From positions 19,840,001-19,904,000 of the forward strand of contig NC_045725.1 in the NCBI RefSeq assembly GCF_009834535.1: 64,000 bases of DNA, read 5' to 3'. Shown here in pieces: positions 47,446 to 59,800 of the stretch (position 1 is the first letter of the stretch; each line of letters opens with the position of its first letter). Source of the DNA: Camelus ferus (taxonomy: Eukaryota). The notes under the pieces are model-generated. The model saw only the letters and a list, made by a program, of their open reading frames with translations, had not been told where the DNA came from and ran no database searches. The position numbers were made by a program, and so were the translations under genes.

Positions 47446-50099
47446 CTGTGCTGCAGGGATTTAAACTCTGGGGGAAAAAAAAATCTACAAGTAAGTGAGA
47501 AGCCCAATACTGAAGACTCAAATCCCAGAGCTCAAAAGACTCATGAATTTGATATGAAATTAATGAAAGTGTCTTAGAGGTGGTGATGATTTACATTTAC
47601 ATGGCGTTTTATTCTAAAAGGTCTCTAGGTACTTTAGAGCTGTGCAAATGATGGACACCAGAACCTGTGACGTTGCACAGTGCACTGCGACCATCTCCAG
47701 GTTCACCGGAAGCAACAGATCAACAAAAACATGGCAGCAAACTGCATCTCTACACATTCCATATGTGAAGAACACGCGTTCGTATTAATGCACAGAGAAG
47801 AGTGAAAATAAAAAACATTATAGGACAACACGGCACTGCTTACAAGCCTCTTCTGTGGAATAGTAACCCCACAATAGACTCCGAAAAAAACCAAGGGGAG
47901 GCTAATTAAAAAAGCAAACACATGTTACAAGCTACCTATATCCCTCCTCCCACAAATTTACATTGTATCTTAGCATGTTAAAGCTCTGAGAAGTCCTGCA
48001 GTGTAGACATTTAATTTCCTCTAATATAACTTTCCTAAATTTACTTGAATACACATACCTGCCCGCCTCTCTTTGCCTACTGAACAAGTCCTGAGGAATT
48101 TTAGAAATTACTATTACAAAAAACTTAACATGTAAAAGAGTACATTAGGTTAACATATGTTTGCAATTTTCCAACAAATAAATAATGTAAGTTTAAAAAT
48201 TGAATTGCATTTTATTTTAATTGACCTAAAAACATTTTTGACTGGTCGTGATGTTTCCATGCAGACACACCTTTGTCGTTCTGCCTAGCTGGTCCAATTT
48301 AATTCTCCCTGATCCTAGCTCAGAGGTAAGAGTCTGGGTTTGCAAGAAATCAGAAGCTGACATTATTCTTCTGATTTCTAAAATTCAGAGAACAGCATTG
48401 GTTCTCTCCTGCAGATTTTTACTGTACCAGGAGGCATTTAAAAATTTCAAATTTAATAAATTCCATGCCAAAAGAATTACAACTCAATTCCAGCATATAA
48501 AACAGTCATTCCACAACCTAGAAAATTCTCTTCCTCCCCTTCTTCGTAAACTGAGAACAGAAAGCAAATTCGGGGGAAAAGTGATTAGGCACATAGTTTG
48601 CAGCAGAGGATGATGGGAAGCAGGGGGAGAGTCATTTTCCCAGGAAAGACTAGCTTCAGTCTTCTCTTTCACTGACATTCTTAAGTTATCAAAATAGAGC
48701 GCCCAGTAATGACCTAGAGCTCTGACCCCGGAAAACTAGGGTCTTGGCTGCTTTTTGTCACCGATTCACCTCATCTCGTCTAGACACCACACTACCTTCA
48801 AAACAGTGGGTGTACCCAAATCCCAGACATACTCAAGAGTATCTCGAGGCATCACCAAAAGTCTTTATTTAGGGGGATTCTGAACCGTGTTCATAATCTA
48901 TATTCAATTCTCCCCAAAGCTCTCACATTTGTAAAGCACTATATAGTAGGCAGAGTAACTTAACTTACATTATTTAAGACAACCAGGCCCTAAGGATTCC
49001 TTAGGTGGGCATTTTAACCCCTATTTGTATAGATGAGGTCACTAAAATTAAGAAAGGGTAACCTGCTTAGCACAAACAAAAGAAGTTACACAGACAAAGC
49101 TAGAACATCAACTACCAATTTCTGTACCAAAGCCTGTTTGTACAACAAGCCTTCTCTTCCTGGAGCGCTCCAGATGTATTCTCAGTATCTACTGTGGCAA
49201 CAGAGACTATGCCGTTTGTCTTTTTCTCGCTGTGTAACACAATCCTCTCCTCAAAGACTGTCAACTCAACGCGCGTTAAGTCAAAGAGGCGTTCTGGAGG
49301 CCTTGGATGGATGGAAATGCAAGAACTGGTCAACATTTTGGATGACCATCCTCCAGGACACCAAAACTCACCTTCTCGATGCAAAATCAAAGTGCTGCCT
49401 TCGATCCTTCGTGCCTGCCCTAGACAACGACAGCCAAAATAGTCCCTTCCCTCGGCGTCACGCTCAGGCGAAGCGCGCATTACAGCACACGAGGTTTGTG
49501 CCTTCTTTTCCCAATGCAGGAAAACCTTTCGCGGAAAATAACACTAATTCCACAGAGTGTGCAATTAATCAACATAATCATGGGATAACTTCGCTGTCTG
49601 GGGAGGTGTGTCAAATAACTCTCTAAGGCCACTAAAGTGCCCCTTGAGCCACCAGAGTAATGATTTTCTGAATCAGCAATTTGTACAAGGGTCCCCTAGA
49701 CAACCTGAAGGACTCAGGGCAACCCCGAGATCGCTCAACTTACTCCTGCTGAGTAACTTACCACTGGCTTTATGTGAATAAGACCTCACCAGTTCTGCCT
49801 GCCCTATTGTGTATTTTTTATTGCAATTTGTGTCCATGGTGTTTGGGTTTAGCCAGGGCAGTTAAGGACTTGTGGGGCTTCTGGAGAAACAACACATGCA
49901 TGTGAAATCTTCTGTTTTTTCATTTGAAGAAATGTGACCATTTTTCATTTTCTAAAAATGAAAAAAAGTCAATGTTGCAATACACAATAAAGGTATTAAA
50001 AGCCAGCAGAAGTGAAATATTTTTTGCTGTGTCCTTAGGAGGCAAGGAAGACACAGGATGGGTGTGGAGAAAAGCTATCCGCCCAAATTCAATTCCAAG

Positions 50100-50270
50100 A
50101 CTCAGAAACCCTGTTGATCATGAGAATCCTTAGCAAAACTTTTCTTAAAACAGAGTCCTGGGTTCTCTACCCCAGGGTACCTGCATTCAGTGGAGTGGGG
50201 TCTGGAATCTCTATTTTTCAAACTACAATTCCACTGGTTAGTCCAAAAAGCCAGGGATAGGAATAACTGA
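50100..50270. mobile_element. MER5A-like hAT-Charlie MITE
   Basis: ATCATGAGAATCC...TTAAAACAGAGTCCTGGG...CCCCAG...ATTCAGTGG...GGTCTGGAATCTCTATTTTTCAAA resembles MER5A. Confidence 0.55.
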
Positions 50271-53200
50271 TTTAAGTGAACAGGTTTAGCCTTTAAGGTT
50301 CCTGATCAGATGAAACTCCAACAGACCTGCTAACCTGGTAGATCACAACAACAAAAAAATCAATTATGACCCAAAATCCAACCTACTGAGCTGAATTTTT
50401 CAAGAGCAAACAGGTGTTGATCTCCAAGACCCTTTCAGATAGTTACGTTTTGTGGGTTAGAGAAATCTTTTTCTGACAGTGAACTAGGGCTTCGCATTTG
50501 TTCACCTCCACTAATGAAGACTGGTTGTTTTAAAGAAATTCATCTCACGTTACCCAGTAGATGACCAGAATAAACAACAGAATTCCAAGACATAAGTGTC
50601 CTGGAGGTGGAAGGACAAGCCTCTTGTATCAGCCCCACTGGCCACTGCTCCGAAAGTGTCTCTTCCCTGTTTCTACTCCAAGACAGAGGTCACTTTAGAC
50701 TCCAGGATCAACGTCTCGTGAACCTGACTTAGCCTGTTAACCTAAAAGGGCCCTTTCGTCCATGTATTCCCCATGCTCTCCCAAAAGCATTACAAGTCCA
50801 CGCTGGGGGAGAGGATCTGATCCTATGATTCCTCTGGAGAAAATCTAGTACATTTCTGGCCAGCTGTAGCGGAGACAATATCCTATGAGTAAGACTTCGT
50901 TGCCTGGCTCAATTATTTGGAATTTATCAGCAAATTTCAAGAAAATCACCACATAAATTACTTCTAGCAATAAATTATGTGCTGCCCATTACACTGATGT
51001 TCTAACAGGGTCTTACTAACATTAAATGTAAAAAATAAAAAATGACCAAACTCTGAACTAGGTACAAAGAAACAGAAAACATACAAAAAGTTTTAGCATT
51101 AAGTTCATGATAGAATGTCTACATAGGAAAATCACATACTTTAGCGCCATGGCATGTAGGCAATGGCCCTGGTTTTCAAGCTGAGCTCACAACTAACAAT
51201 TAGAATATAACCTTTATCATTTGTTAAAGAAATCACACGCAAAGAAACCCAAGAATGCACAAAAATATAAAGGGGATGGGGATTGCATGGATATTTTAAA
51301 TATAGTTTATACATATGTATAACACAGCATTACACTTACATATATATACATATGTATATAAGTAACATTTTTAACCCCAGAGGATAATCCAAGCGTCACT
51401 TATATATGTATCTGTAACATATTAGATGACCACATCCCTAGTCTTAGACTCCACAGGGTCCATATTCCCTAAATACAGAGTACTAAGAAGTTGGGGTGAA
51501 ATAACCCACAATTCCAAATACAATTCCAGGCACTCAGAGAGCAGACAAAGAGTAGGAAGGCTGCACTGAGCTCGCACATCAAGATCAATTTGAAAAGAAT
51601 GGCCCCATGACAGCCAAGCTGGGAGGGAAACAGGACCAAACGACCCAGAGTCCAGCTTCCCTGTTAAAGGAAGGTGATGGTTCACAGAAAAAAGTACATA
51701 AACTACTGTTTAAGAAAAGCCTCCCAATTTCCGAATACACGAGCATGACTAAGTCAAGAGAGGAAGGCGGGGGACACGGGAAGGAAGAGGAGAGGCAGAG
51801 GAAAGGTTGATGAGGGAGAAGAAAGAGCGGAGGAAGGCGGAGGAAAGGGGGTTAGTCAGAGCAGTCCCCGCGTCCCGTCAAAAACATGCAAGAAAACAAA
51901 ATACATCGCGGGAAATAGATGTTTACTAGACAACGATTTTCAGTTCTGAAATGTGTAAAAATAATCCTCTGAACAGTCGTGAGAGAGGTCCAAACAACAC
52001 GGCATAGGGAAATAAATATTTGTCGGGTACCTACGCGTACCTGCCACGTGAAGGCTGATGGTTAAGTCAACGATGGACATTATTCTCAAGAGTTAAGAGT
52101 TTAGATGAGTGAAGTGGCCAATAATGACATCGTAAGGGGTATGATGCAGATAAAAGCACAGAGAGCACCTAACAGAACTCAGCATGGCAACAGGTGACAA
52201 CAGGAAAGATGCACATTTGAGACTCCACAGCAGGTTGTCATTAAAGCAGACTTAGCGGGACCTGGGTATCTGTTAGAACGCGGTTTGCAGCTATTTGAAA
52301 ATGTTAAATAAATCAACGTAAATAAAAACTCACATGATTTATGCTAAACAAATTTGAAGGTAACTAGTACCCGAAATTGGAAAGATGGAAAACTGGGGAA
52401 AACCGAGATGACATGCCCTCGCTCCTTTACGTTCTTGGAGCATTCTACATTAGGGATGGTGGCTAGGGAGTTTTTGATGGAATTTGCTTACAAACTGGAG
52501 AAATTTGCAAAGACAAAAGAACTGTAAAAAGCCAAAGTGTCTTCAGCACAGAACAATCACTGAATTGATTCAACCAAGTCGTTTCAGAGATACGTAGAAA
52601 TCACTTACACGTAACTAATTTTTATAAAGAATTTGATGAAAACTTATCAGCAAAAACGGTTGCTATTTTACAGACATGTTCATTATACAGAGGCCTTGTT
52701 TTCACCACCACGACCCAAGGATGCTCTCCACCCACGTGATGGTGGAGAGGCCAGATGTTTCCTCTGGAACTGCCTTGTATGACTTAGACCTAAGACCTGG
52801 GAACAAAGAGACCATCAGTGATTTGCTCCTTAAACAGCTCACACTCTGTATACAACAACCAAAAGCAGCAAAACAAAACAAAAAAAGGTTCCACTTCAAC
52901 TTTGGTTCTCAATGTCTCCCAGGGGGACAGTGCCATTTGGTCTGCACTGCGTGGAAGCCAAAAATGCCTTCCTAAAACCTTGCCATGCAAATGCACACTC
53001 ATTTTCCTTCACAAAGCAAGTGGAAACCGTCAGGCCTAACGGAGTTCTCTAAGGGGCATTACCTACACACAAGGAGTCATGTTGCAAAATTCCAATGATT
53101 TATTTTTTTAAGTCCATTTCCAACTTAGTCAAACAAGAATTCTCGAGCGTAATCAGGCCAGGAGGAACTACAAAAGCAGCGGAAATATGATTAATAGTCA

Positions 53201-53495
53201 TATGAAAACAACCACTGAATAACTCAAGAGTGGCATATACTTTACATGTTACTTGAGCTATCAAGAGGCTATTTAGCAAAAGTAACCTCCCCAAAAATAC
53301 CCCCCAAAAAATCCTTCCTTTCCTAATAAAAATAAGTTAATCACCATACTCAGTATTAACCTACAAATTTATAATCACTGCAAATATCTGATTAGTTGTG
53401 TAAGATACAGAAACAAAACAAGAAACAAAAAAAACCCCAACCTTGAAAAGTAAAAGAAATTAAGAACCCCACACACCAGTCGGTTCCAATCCGAG

Positions 53496-53514
53496 CAGCC
53501 AGCAGAGGGCGCAC
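53496..53514 (+). promoter_or_regulatory. CTCF-binding motif
   Basis: CAGCCAGCAGAGGGCGCAC; the core CCAGCAGAGGGCGC is a high-affinity CTCF variant, and it lies in non-repeat sequence with retained CpG. Confidence 0.75.
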
Positions 53515-54861
53515 ATGCCCCAACAAGAGCTGGCTCTGGCCATGCACCACCCAAACTCATTTAGGACTAAACTTGACCAAAATTTGAATACAAGGAAAGG
53601 GGGAAAAAATCATCCTATTAGTGGCATTAATAAAACAAATATGCTCAGTTTAGAATTAGTAAGAAATAGACGCAAGTACACTTTATTAATCAATGCTGAC
53701 TTTAACAGAGATTTCTAAACTGCTTCGTGGGAAGTTGTTCATTAAGAAGAAATAATTCTCCTTTGTACAGAAGAGAGGTTATATTAAGGCCACTGCAGCT
53801 TTTATGGATCTGTATTAAGAATTATCTAGAAAACAAAAATTTGTAAAAGTAAATTAAATATTAAATTTCTAACATGTAAACACACGTTTTGGTGAGCATA
53901 TTAAATTACACTTTGCAAGGAGAGTTTTAGAGTAATGTCATGTGTCATATACAAATCTATTAATTAATTTTTGTAACCCGAGAGTAATCAAATATGTACC
54001 ACTTTATGGTTAAATTGAGATACATAAGTTACTTATTTTTCCACTGGTTTGTGCTTGACTGATTACTTGTAAGTTGCCTATTCTGAGTCTCTGTATTACA
54101 ATATTAGCTTTGGGGTTACAGCAGATCATACCAGTTTTTTACCTCGCAGTGATGTGTGTACGTGCACCTGTGGAAAGGGCACTACTGCTTATTCTTTTAA
54201 AAGAAGTTTTCCTATAGATGCAAAAGCCACAAAGTCCTCCTAGCACTTTCTGAGCCTGTGATTTCAGAGACAACATCATCAATTGAAAAGAAAAGAAAAA
54301 AAAATATGAGTTACTCCATGAAAGCACCAAATTAAAGCCAACATCAGATACTATATTTTTTTACTTTTACAGATAAAAGTTAAATAATCCAAAGGATGGC
54401 CAATCTCTAATTTCAGCTACGTTAGAATAAACAGAAGAAGGTTATTAGCACTTAAGTTTCAAGTTGGAAAGCTTAGTAGGATCATTAAATGCTACTTGTC
54501 CATCCCCCTAAATGATTATTTCAACCTCACCTCCCTCACCCAACAAAAATGATGAAGCCGTGTAACATCTTCATCAGGTGATTTTTTTTTTTAAGCATTC
54601 TCGGTAGATTTGAGAGTTGAACTTAATTTACAGTATCTACAAACCAGGTGGTTCAGGTTATATGTAGGTCATGATAAATAATACTTGTCTTTTGGCCGAT
54701 GTGGCTACACCGCTTTTGCATAAGTTAAAATGATGACGTTTTATTATTCCTAAGCACTCAATGCTGAAATGTCTACACAATCTGTTAAGTCCAGGCAAAT
54801 TTAAATGATCCTGACATGCAGCCTGCTAAGGCCAGTGGCGGGGGTAATGCCTCCTTACGTG

Positions 54862-55001
54862 NNNNNNNNNNNNNNNNNNNNNNNNNNNNNNNNNNNNNNN
54901 NNNNNNNNNNNNNNNNNNNNNNNNNNNNNNNNNNNNNNNNNNNNNNNNNNNNNNNNNNNNNNNNNNNNNNNNNNNNNNNNNNNNNNNNNNNNNNNNNNNN
55001 N
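54862..55001. other. Assembly gap (140 N)
   Basis: N-run. Confidence 0.99.
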
Positions 55002-56540
55002 AAAATCTGCTTCCAGGGCAATCCATTATATCTGACAAGTTCAATGTTCCATGGTAGGGCCATATGGTATCAGAGCAGGCCCGACGCTGGAAGAGGAGAA
55101 CTAAGCAAATGCACCGCAATTAAGGAGTTTGGCTTCAGACTTTACTTTGAATCACTTTATTTTTTTTTCATTAAATTTTAAGTGCTCCCCCCAAGTCAAT
55201 TTTTCATTGAATTCCTTTTATTAGATAATTTTTTATGAGATAATTTCAAAGGAGTCCCGCGATGTCTTGCTCATCTCAGGACTGTCGGCACTGAACTGTA
55301 AAAGGGGAGGGCACACAGGACCATTTTTATCGAGGGAAGTTTCAAAGAGGAGGACCTGTAGCCTCATTTCAAAAAGTTCCAAGCAAATAAAATGTAGAGC
55401 CTCTCTGTTCAACAAGATTAGAATACATGTAAATGAAACTGGTGGTTAGACTGGGATGTTTAAATGAAACTGACAAATTATTAAATGAAACTGGTTTCCA
55501 CTTTCAAGTCCCCCAAATCTGAAAAGCTGTACAGTCATCACTGGCACATTTCTGTTTCTTCTGTAGTTTACTTAAAATTTATCAAATGAATGAATTTGCT
55601 GAAGACTGCCTCTGCTGAATTTAATTCCTCCTAGCAGTTTACTGGAAAGGAACCTGCATGCTTCTGCTAATAGCATGTTCCATAGTCTTCTAAGCTTTCT
55701 AAGGCACTGACTAAAACCAGGTTGTCTCTAATAATAAGTATTTGTTGCTGGAAACAATATAATGTAAATAAAATTTATATTATAATCAAGGTATGCATTT
55801 ATTATATTAAGGGAGAGGAAGATGAAATGAATGAAAGGACCTAAATCGCATCATTATACCATAGTATTCTATTATACCATGCGTTTAAGAAAACAAATCC
55901 TTTCTGAAGGATTCTCAGGATGAGAACTGAACCTGTAATAAAAACTGCAAAAGCTTTCTACGAAGTGTCCAAACTCATCTGGTCCAGCGTCAAATAGCAA
56001 TTTTATCAACAGCCTCACTTCCTGGGGAAGGACGCCTTCTTGAGCAAATTTATATATAATATGATGTGTGTTTGTGTGTGTGTGTGTCTGTGTGTTGTGT
56101 ATAAACTGTAATGGGCAGGTTTTTCTAAACAATAATGACTATCGTTAGAGAATTCACACTGGTTTGCAAACACGAAATTCATAATGATCAAGAGAAGCAC
56201 GCATGCATCTTTCCAAACGAGAAGATGCCGAGACTCATTTCCCTAAACTATTTTCACTCTCCATCTCTCCAGAGGGTCACTGTTTCCCTCAAACGTACCC
56301 GCTTCTGCCTTAATTAAGAATAACATTATTTCAAAGAGCATATCCAGATACTAGACAGAAATGGGTCACTTTGCTTCATGTTTAAAATTATGTACACATT
56401 TTCTGGTGATCCTAAAGTTACCGATTTGTTAATGCACTCTTATATTTACATCACTCTTATTTTTTTACTATGAGATAATTTATTGAATTATGAAGATAGT
56501 TATGAGTTATGACAGGTAATTTGTATCAAAAATCAATTGC

Positions 56541-56650
56541 TGGGGGGTGGGATAGGTGTAGCTCAGTGGTAGAGCGTGTGCTTGGCATGCATGAGGTCCT
56601 GGGTTCAATCCCCAGTGCCTCCATTAAGGGGAGATAAATAAAGATTTTTT
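56541..56650 (+). mobile_element. tRNA-Ala-derived camelid SINE (Vic-1-like)
   Basis: GGTGTAGCTCAGTGGTAGAGCGTGTGCTTGGCATGCATGAGGTCCTGGGTTCAATCCCCAGTGCCTCCA. A 12-bp TSD AAAAATC(A/G)ATTG lies at 56528-56539 and 56651-56662. Confidence 0.9.
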
Positions 56651-56674
56651 AAAAATCGATTGTTATAGTTCTTT

Positions 56675-56870
56675 GTATTTTATCAAGTGCTTTCACCTGC
56701 ATGCTCTTGTAAGCTTCATCATAATCCTGTTAGATAGGTATCGTAACTATCATCGTCAATGCTTTCATTCTATATGTGAAAAGAGAGGGAGACTCAGAGA
56801 GGTTAAGTTATCTGTCTCAGGACACACAGCTATGAAATGTTGGAGTCACATCTTTTGCCCACGCTGACCT
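56675..56870 (-). mobile_element. MIR SINE
   Basis: AAGTGCTTTCAC...ATAATCCTG...GGAGACTCAGAGAGGTTAAGTTATCTGTCTCAGGACACACAGCTA. Confidence 0.65.
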
Positions 56871-59800
56871 CTAACGTCAGCATTGATTACCATGCCATAC
56901 CATGTATTACATGAGGAAGTATGAGCACTCAAAGGATACACGTAAGTATTACTTAGGAATGCAAGTGTATTTATTGTATATTTTTACCTCTTATTCAAGA
57001 AAAGTAGCCACATTTTTTTGGAATTGCGATAGTGCCCCATTTGAAAAAGGCACCAGAATCCTATGCTTGGGTTTCCTGGGAGGAATGAACACATACACAA
57101 CACACAGTTACACTTACACATGCGTGCACTCACACGCACACACAAATGTAGACACACACACCTCAACACCAACAGAGCGCACTGCGCCGTCGCGTACTGC
57201 TGATCCCATTTCTGTGCGTCCAGATCCACATTTTTATTACTAATTAAAATGTCCAGATGGTAAAATAACACCTGATCCAAGGGGCTTTTAAGTACAGTCA
57301 TTGTCAACACTCAACTCCTACATTGTCAGCAAACGGGAAAAACTGGCCTGCACTGAGTTTTGTATGTGCTGCTTCCAACCCATCAGTGTAATGCAGTTGA
57401 AACTTTAATAATTTGAACACCAAGATGTCCACATTAAACTCTTTACCAAGAAAAAAGAGAAGGAACACCATTAAGAGAAAGGGTACGGACTCCAGCAGAA
57501 CCGAGCATCATCTGAAAGCGGTACAACTGGGTTTTCTGGAGGAACATGTATCAAGGAGGAAAAAGCATGATGCCCTTTTCCTCCATCGTTTTTTATAGGT
57601 TCACTAAATCATAAACAATGATTTTCTGGATATACCTGTGTCTTTTAATTTGGAGGGAATTTTTATACCGCACCTAGGTGCAGCTCTTAAGCCTAAAGCA
57701 AAACAGTCATTATCTTACAAGCTTTTTAAAAATACGGATACTGGCCTGACCCGGGCGATTCAGTTAGGCCTTGGCTCATGAATAATATTCTCCGGGAAAT
57801 CACAAATGCTTTAAAATGTTTAAAGCTGTTACTTCCTAATCCTAAGTGGGTTCTTCTTTTTTTTTTTTCTTTCTTTCTCTCAAGCAAACATTTTTGCAAA
57901 CATCTAGGCTGCTTTGATACGCAAATGTTCCCTCAAACATTTCCACCAGCCAGCCACTGAAATCTCTCCACAGACCCCGACCAATGGGAAAGTTTGCAAG
58001 AGAAATATGAGAAACAACGGGATGAGAGCACGTCCAGGAGCCCTGGATTCACTGGCCACAAACAAATGTTGATTCTGTTGCAATACCTGCAAGAAAACCT
58101 ATGATGTGTTAGCGAAACAACTACTTTAAAATTCTCAGTCACGGGGCAGTAATTCTCCTTGATTGAAGCCAGAGCTTCTGGAGAGGGTAAAACTGATCGC
58201 CCTCGGGTATCCTATTTCAGAGTTCAGTAACTCCAGGAAACGTGTCTTGCTGCTGGACAGTGAACATCTCATCACTTAAAAAAAAAATACCCAAAGGAAT
58301 TAACATCTGCAAAACAGGAAACAGAAAAAGCAATCAAAAGTGCTACACTAGGGTCCCAGATCTTAACAGGTACAACATTAATGGGGCACTTTCAAAAATG
58401 TTCTCCCAAGGGAATGAACCAAAGAAGATGGCCCCTAGAGCCATCTTTAGGATATAAATAATTCGGGAAATAATTCATGCAAATGAAGGACTTTTAGAAA
58501 CAAAAACAAGAGGCCAGTACTCAAAACAATTATTTTTGACAATTATTATGAGTGAAGGCAATCTCCAATACTCCCCTTTCTCTTTCACACTCTACTCCAC
58601 AAACAGCCCCCCAAACCTGCTTTGAGGAGCAATGAGAGTCCTTGATAACAGCTCAACAAATAATTTCAAAGCATCTCCAGTTTGCTCAGTCACAGAAGCC
58701 ACCAGAGGCTAGCCACGCTGGAAATAAAACCGGATTTCAAGATTCCGCTTGCTAACACCATGCTAGGCATTACTGAGGAAAGGAGGGGTTGTAAATTTGG
58801 TGGGAGGAGAACACTCACACTGAATTTATCAAAGCCAGTGGAATGCTGAACTTGTACAATTAAAATGCTCCACTTCTCCCCCACTAACCTGCTGATCGAC
58901 ACTGGTTCCTTCACTGCTGCCGTCACTTCCTCATTTACACATATTAGAGGTGGTCAAAGATTTCATCAGATGTGGTTCTGACAATAGCAGCAAAGTGCCT
59001 AAAGCCACAGATTCTAACTGAGCCCAAAATACAGATATGGGGGAAAAAAAGGACCAATCACAGCAGGAAGCACTTTAAAAGAAAAAGGGCGGTGGGGGAG
59101 GGGGGAGGAAACATCTTGAGTAGTTACTCTGCACTTAGCTGGACTGTATGAAAAGGAAATAAGAAAGCTCTATAAAATGTCAAAATTAACCTATCGTTTC
59201 AGATTGCTTACAGGTGAAATTCTACCATCTGGATGGGCAGTTTGCCCGCATAAAAAATAAGTAAACTAAAGGAAAAAAAAAATCTTCTTCTGCCTACTAT
59301 TTTAACACAATAGATTTTAAAGGAAAGAGGACAGACCCACACACCATAATCTCTAGACACTGACACACACACACATTTACACAACATGTGTGATTACACA
59401 CAGACGTTCACTCACAAACTGTGACAAAACAAAAGTTGGAAAAAGCCAGAGACTGAAATAAAATTCTGTTTCTTGGAACTCTAAAAGATTAATAAGGAAT
59501 AAAAACCTAGTCAGTCTTAATTGCATAATAGGGGAAAAAAAGATGTACTTTTAAGTTTCTCATTTAATAACTGACGATACTTTCAATTTCACTGAGATAC
59601 TCTAAAAAAACAAAACCTAGCCACTCAAAGTTTCTATCTTCCCCTAACAAGGCATATTTATATTCTTTATGCTGGGCTAGCAACTTTGGGAATTGCAACT
59701 TAACTTTAAATAAACAGGAAATTGCATCTTGGGGACTGCCTGAAGTTGTTTTATATCATTTGAGAGTGAAAATGCTTATAAATTTGACAATTTATGAAGA

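Noticed and set aside
49033-49626. Longest gap-free ORF (197 aa, +)
   Set aside because: No recognisable domain, it starts inside a MIR fragment, its composition looks random, and it is antisense to the inferred host. An ORF of this length is plausible by chance in 64 kb.
51307-51360. Two AT-rich palindromes (16 and 18 bp, core TATACATATGTATA)
   Set aside because: Low-complexity (TA)n-derived sequence in which palindromes arise readily by slippage.
55065-55076. TGGTATCAGAGC preceded by CA-TA, identical to the plant tRNA-iMet primer-binding site of copia elements and caulimoviruses
   Set aside because: It is only 12 nt, with no LTR pair, gag/pol ORF or compositional shift. Mammalian tRNA-iMet would need TGGTAGCAGAG. 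Treated as chance; filling the adjacent gap would settle it.
3613-56650. Five tRNA-Ala(AGC)-like sequences (3613, 6717, 20441, 32040, 56541) as functional tRNA genes
   Set aside because: All have the family-specific AT-rich tail, three have clear TSDs, and the acceptor, D or anticodon stems carry mismatches (e.g. 56541 has an unpaired acceptor end and a GGC anticodon). They are SINEs, not tRNA genes.
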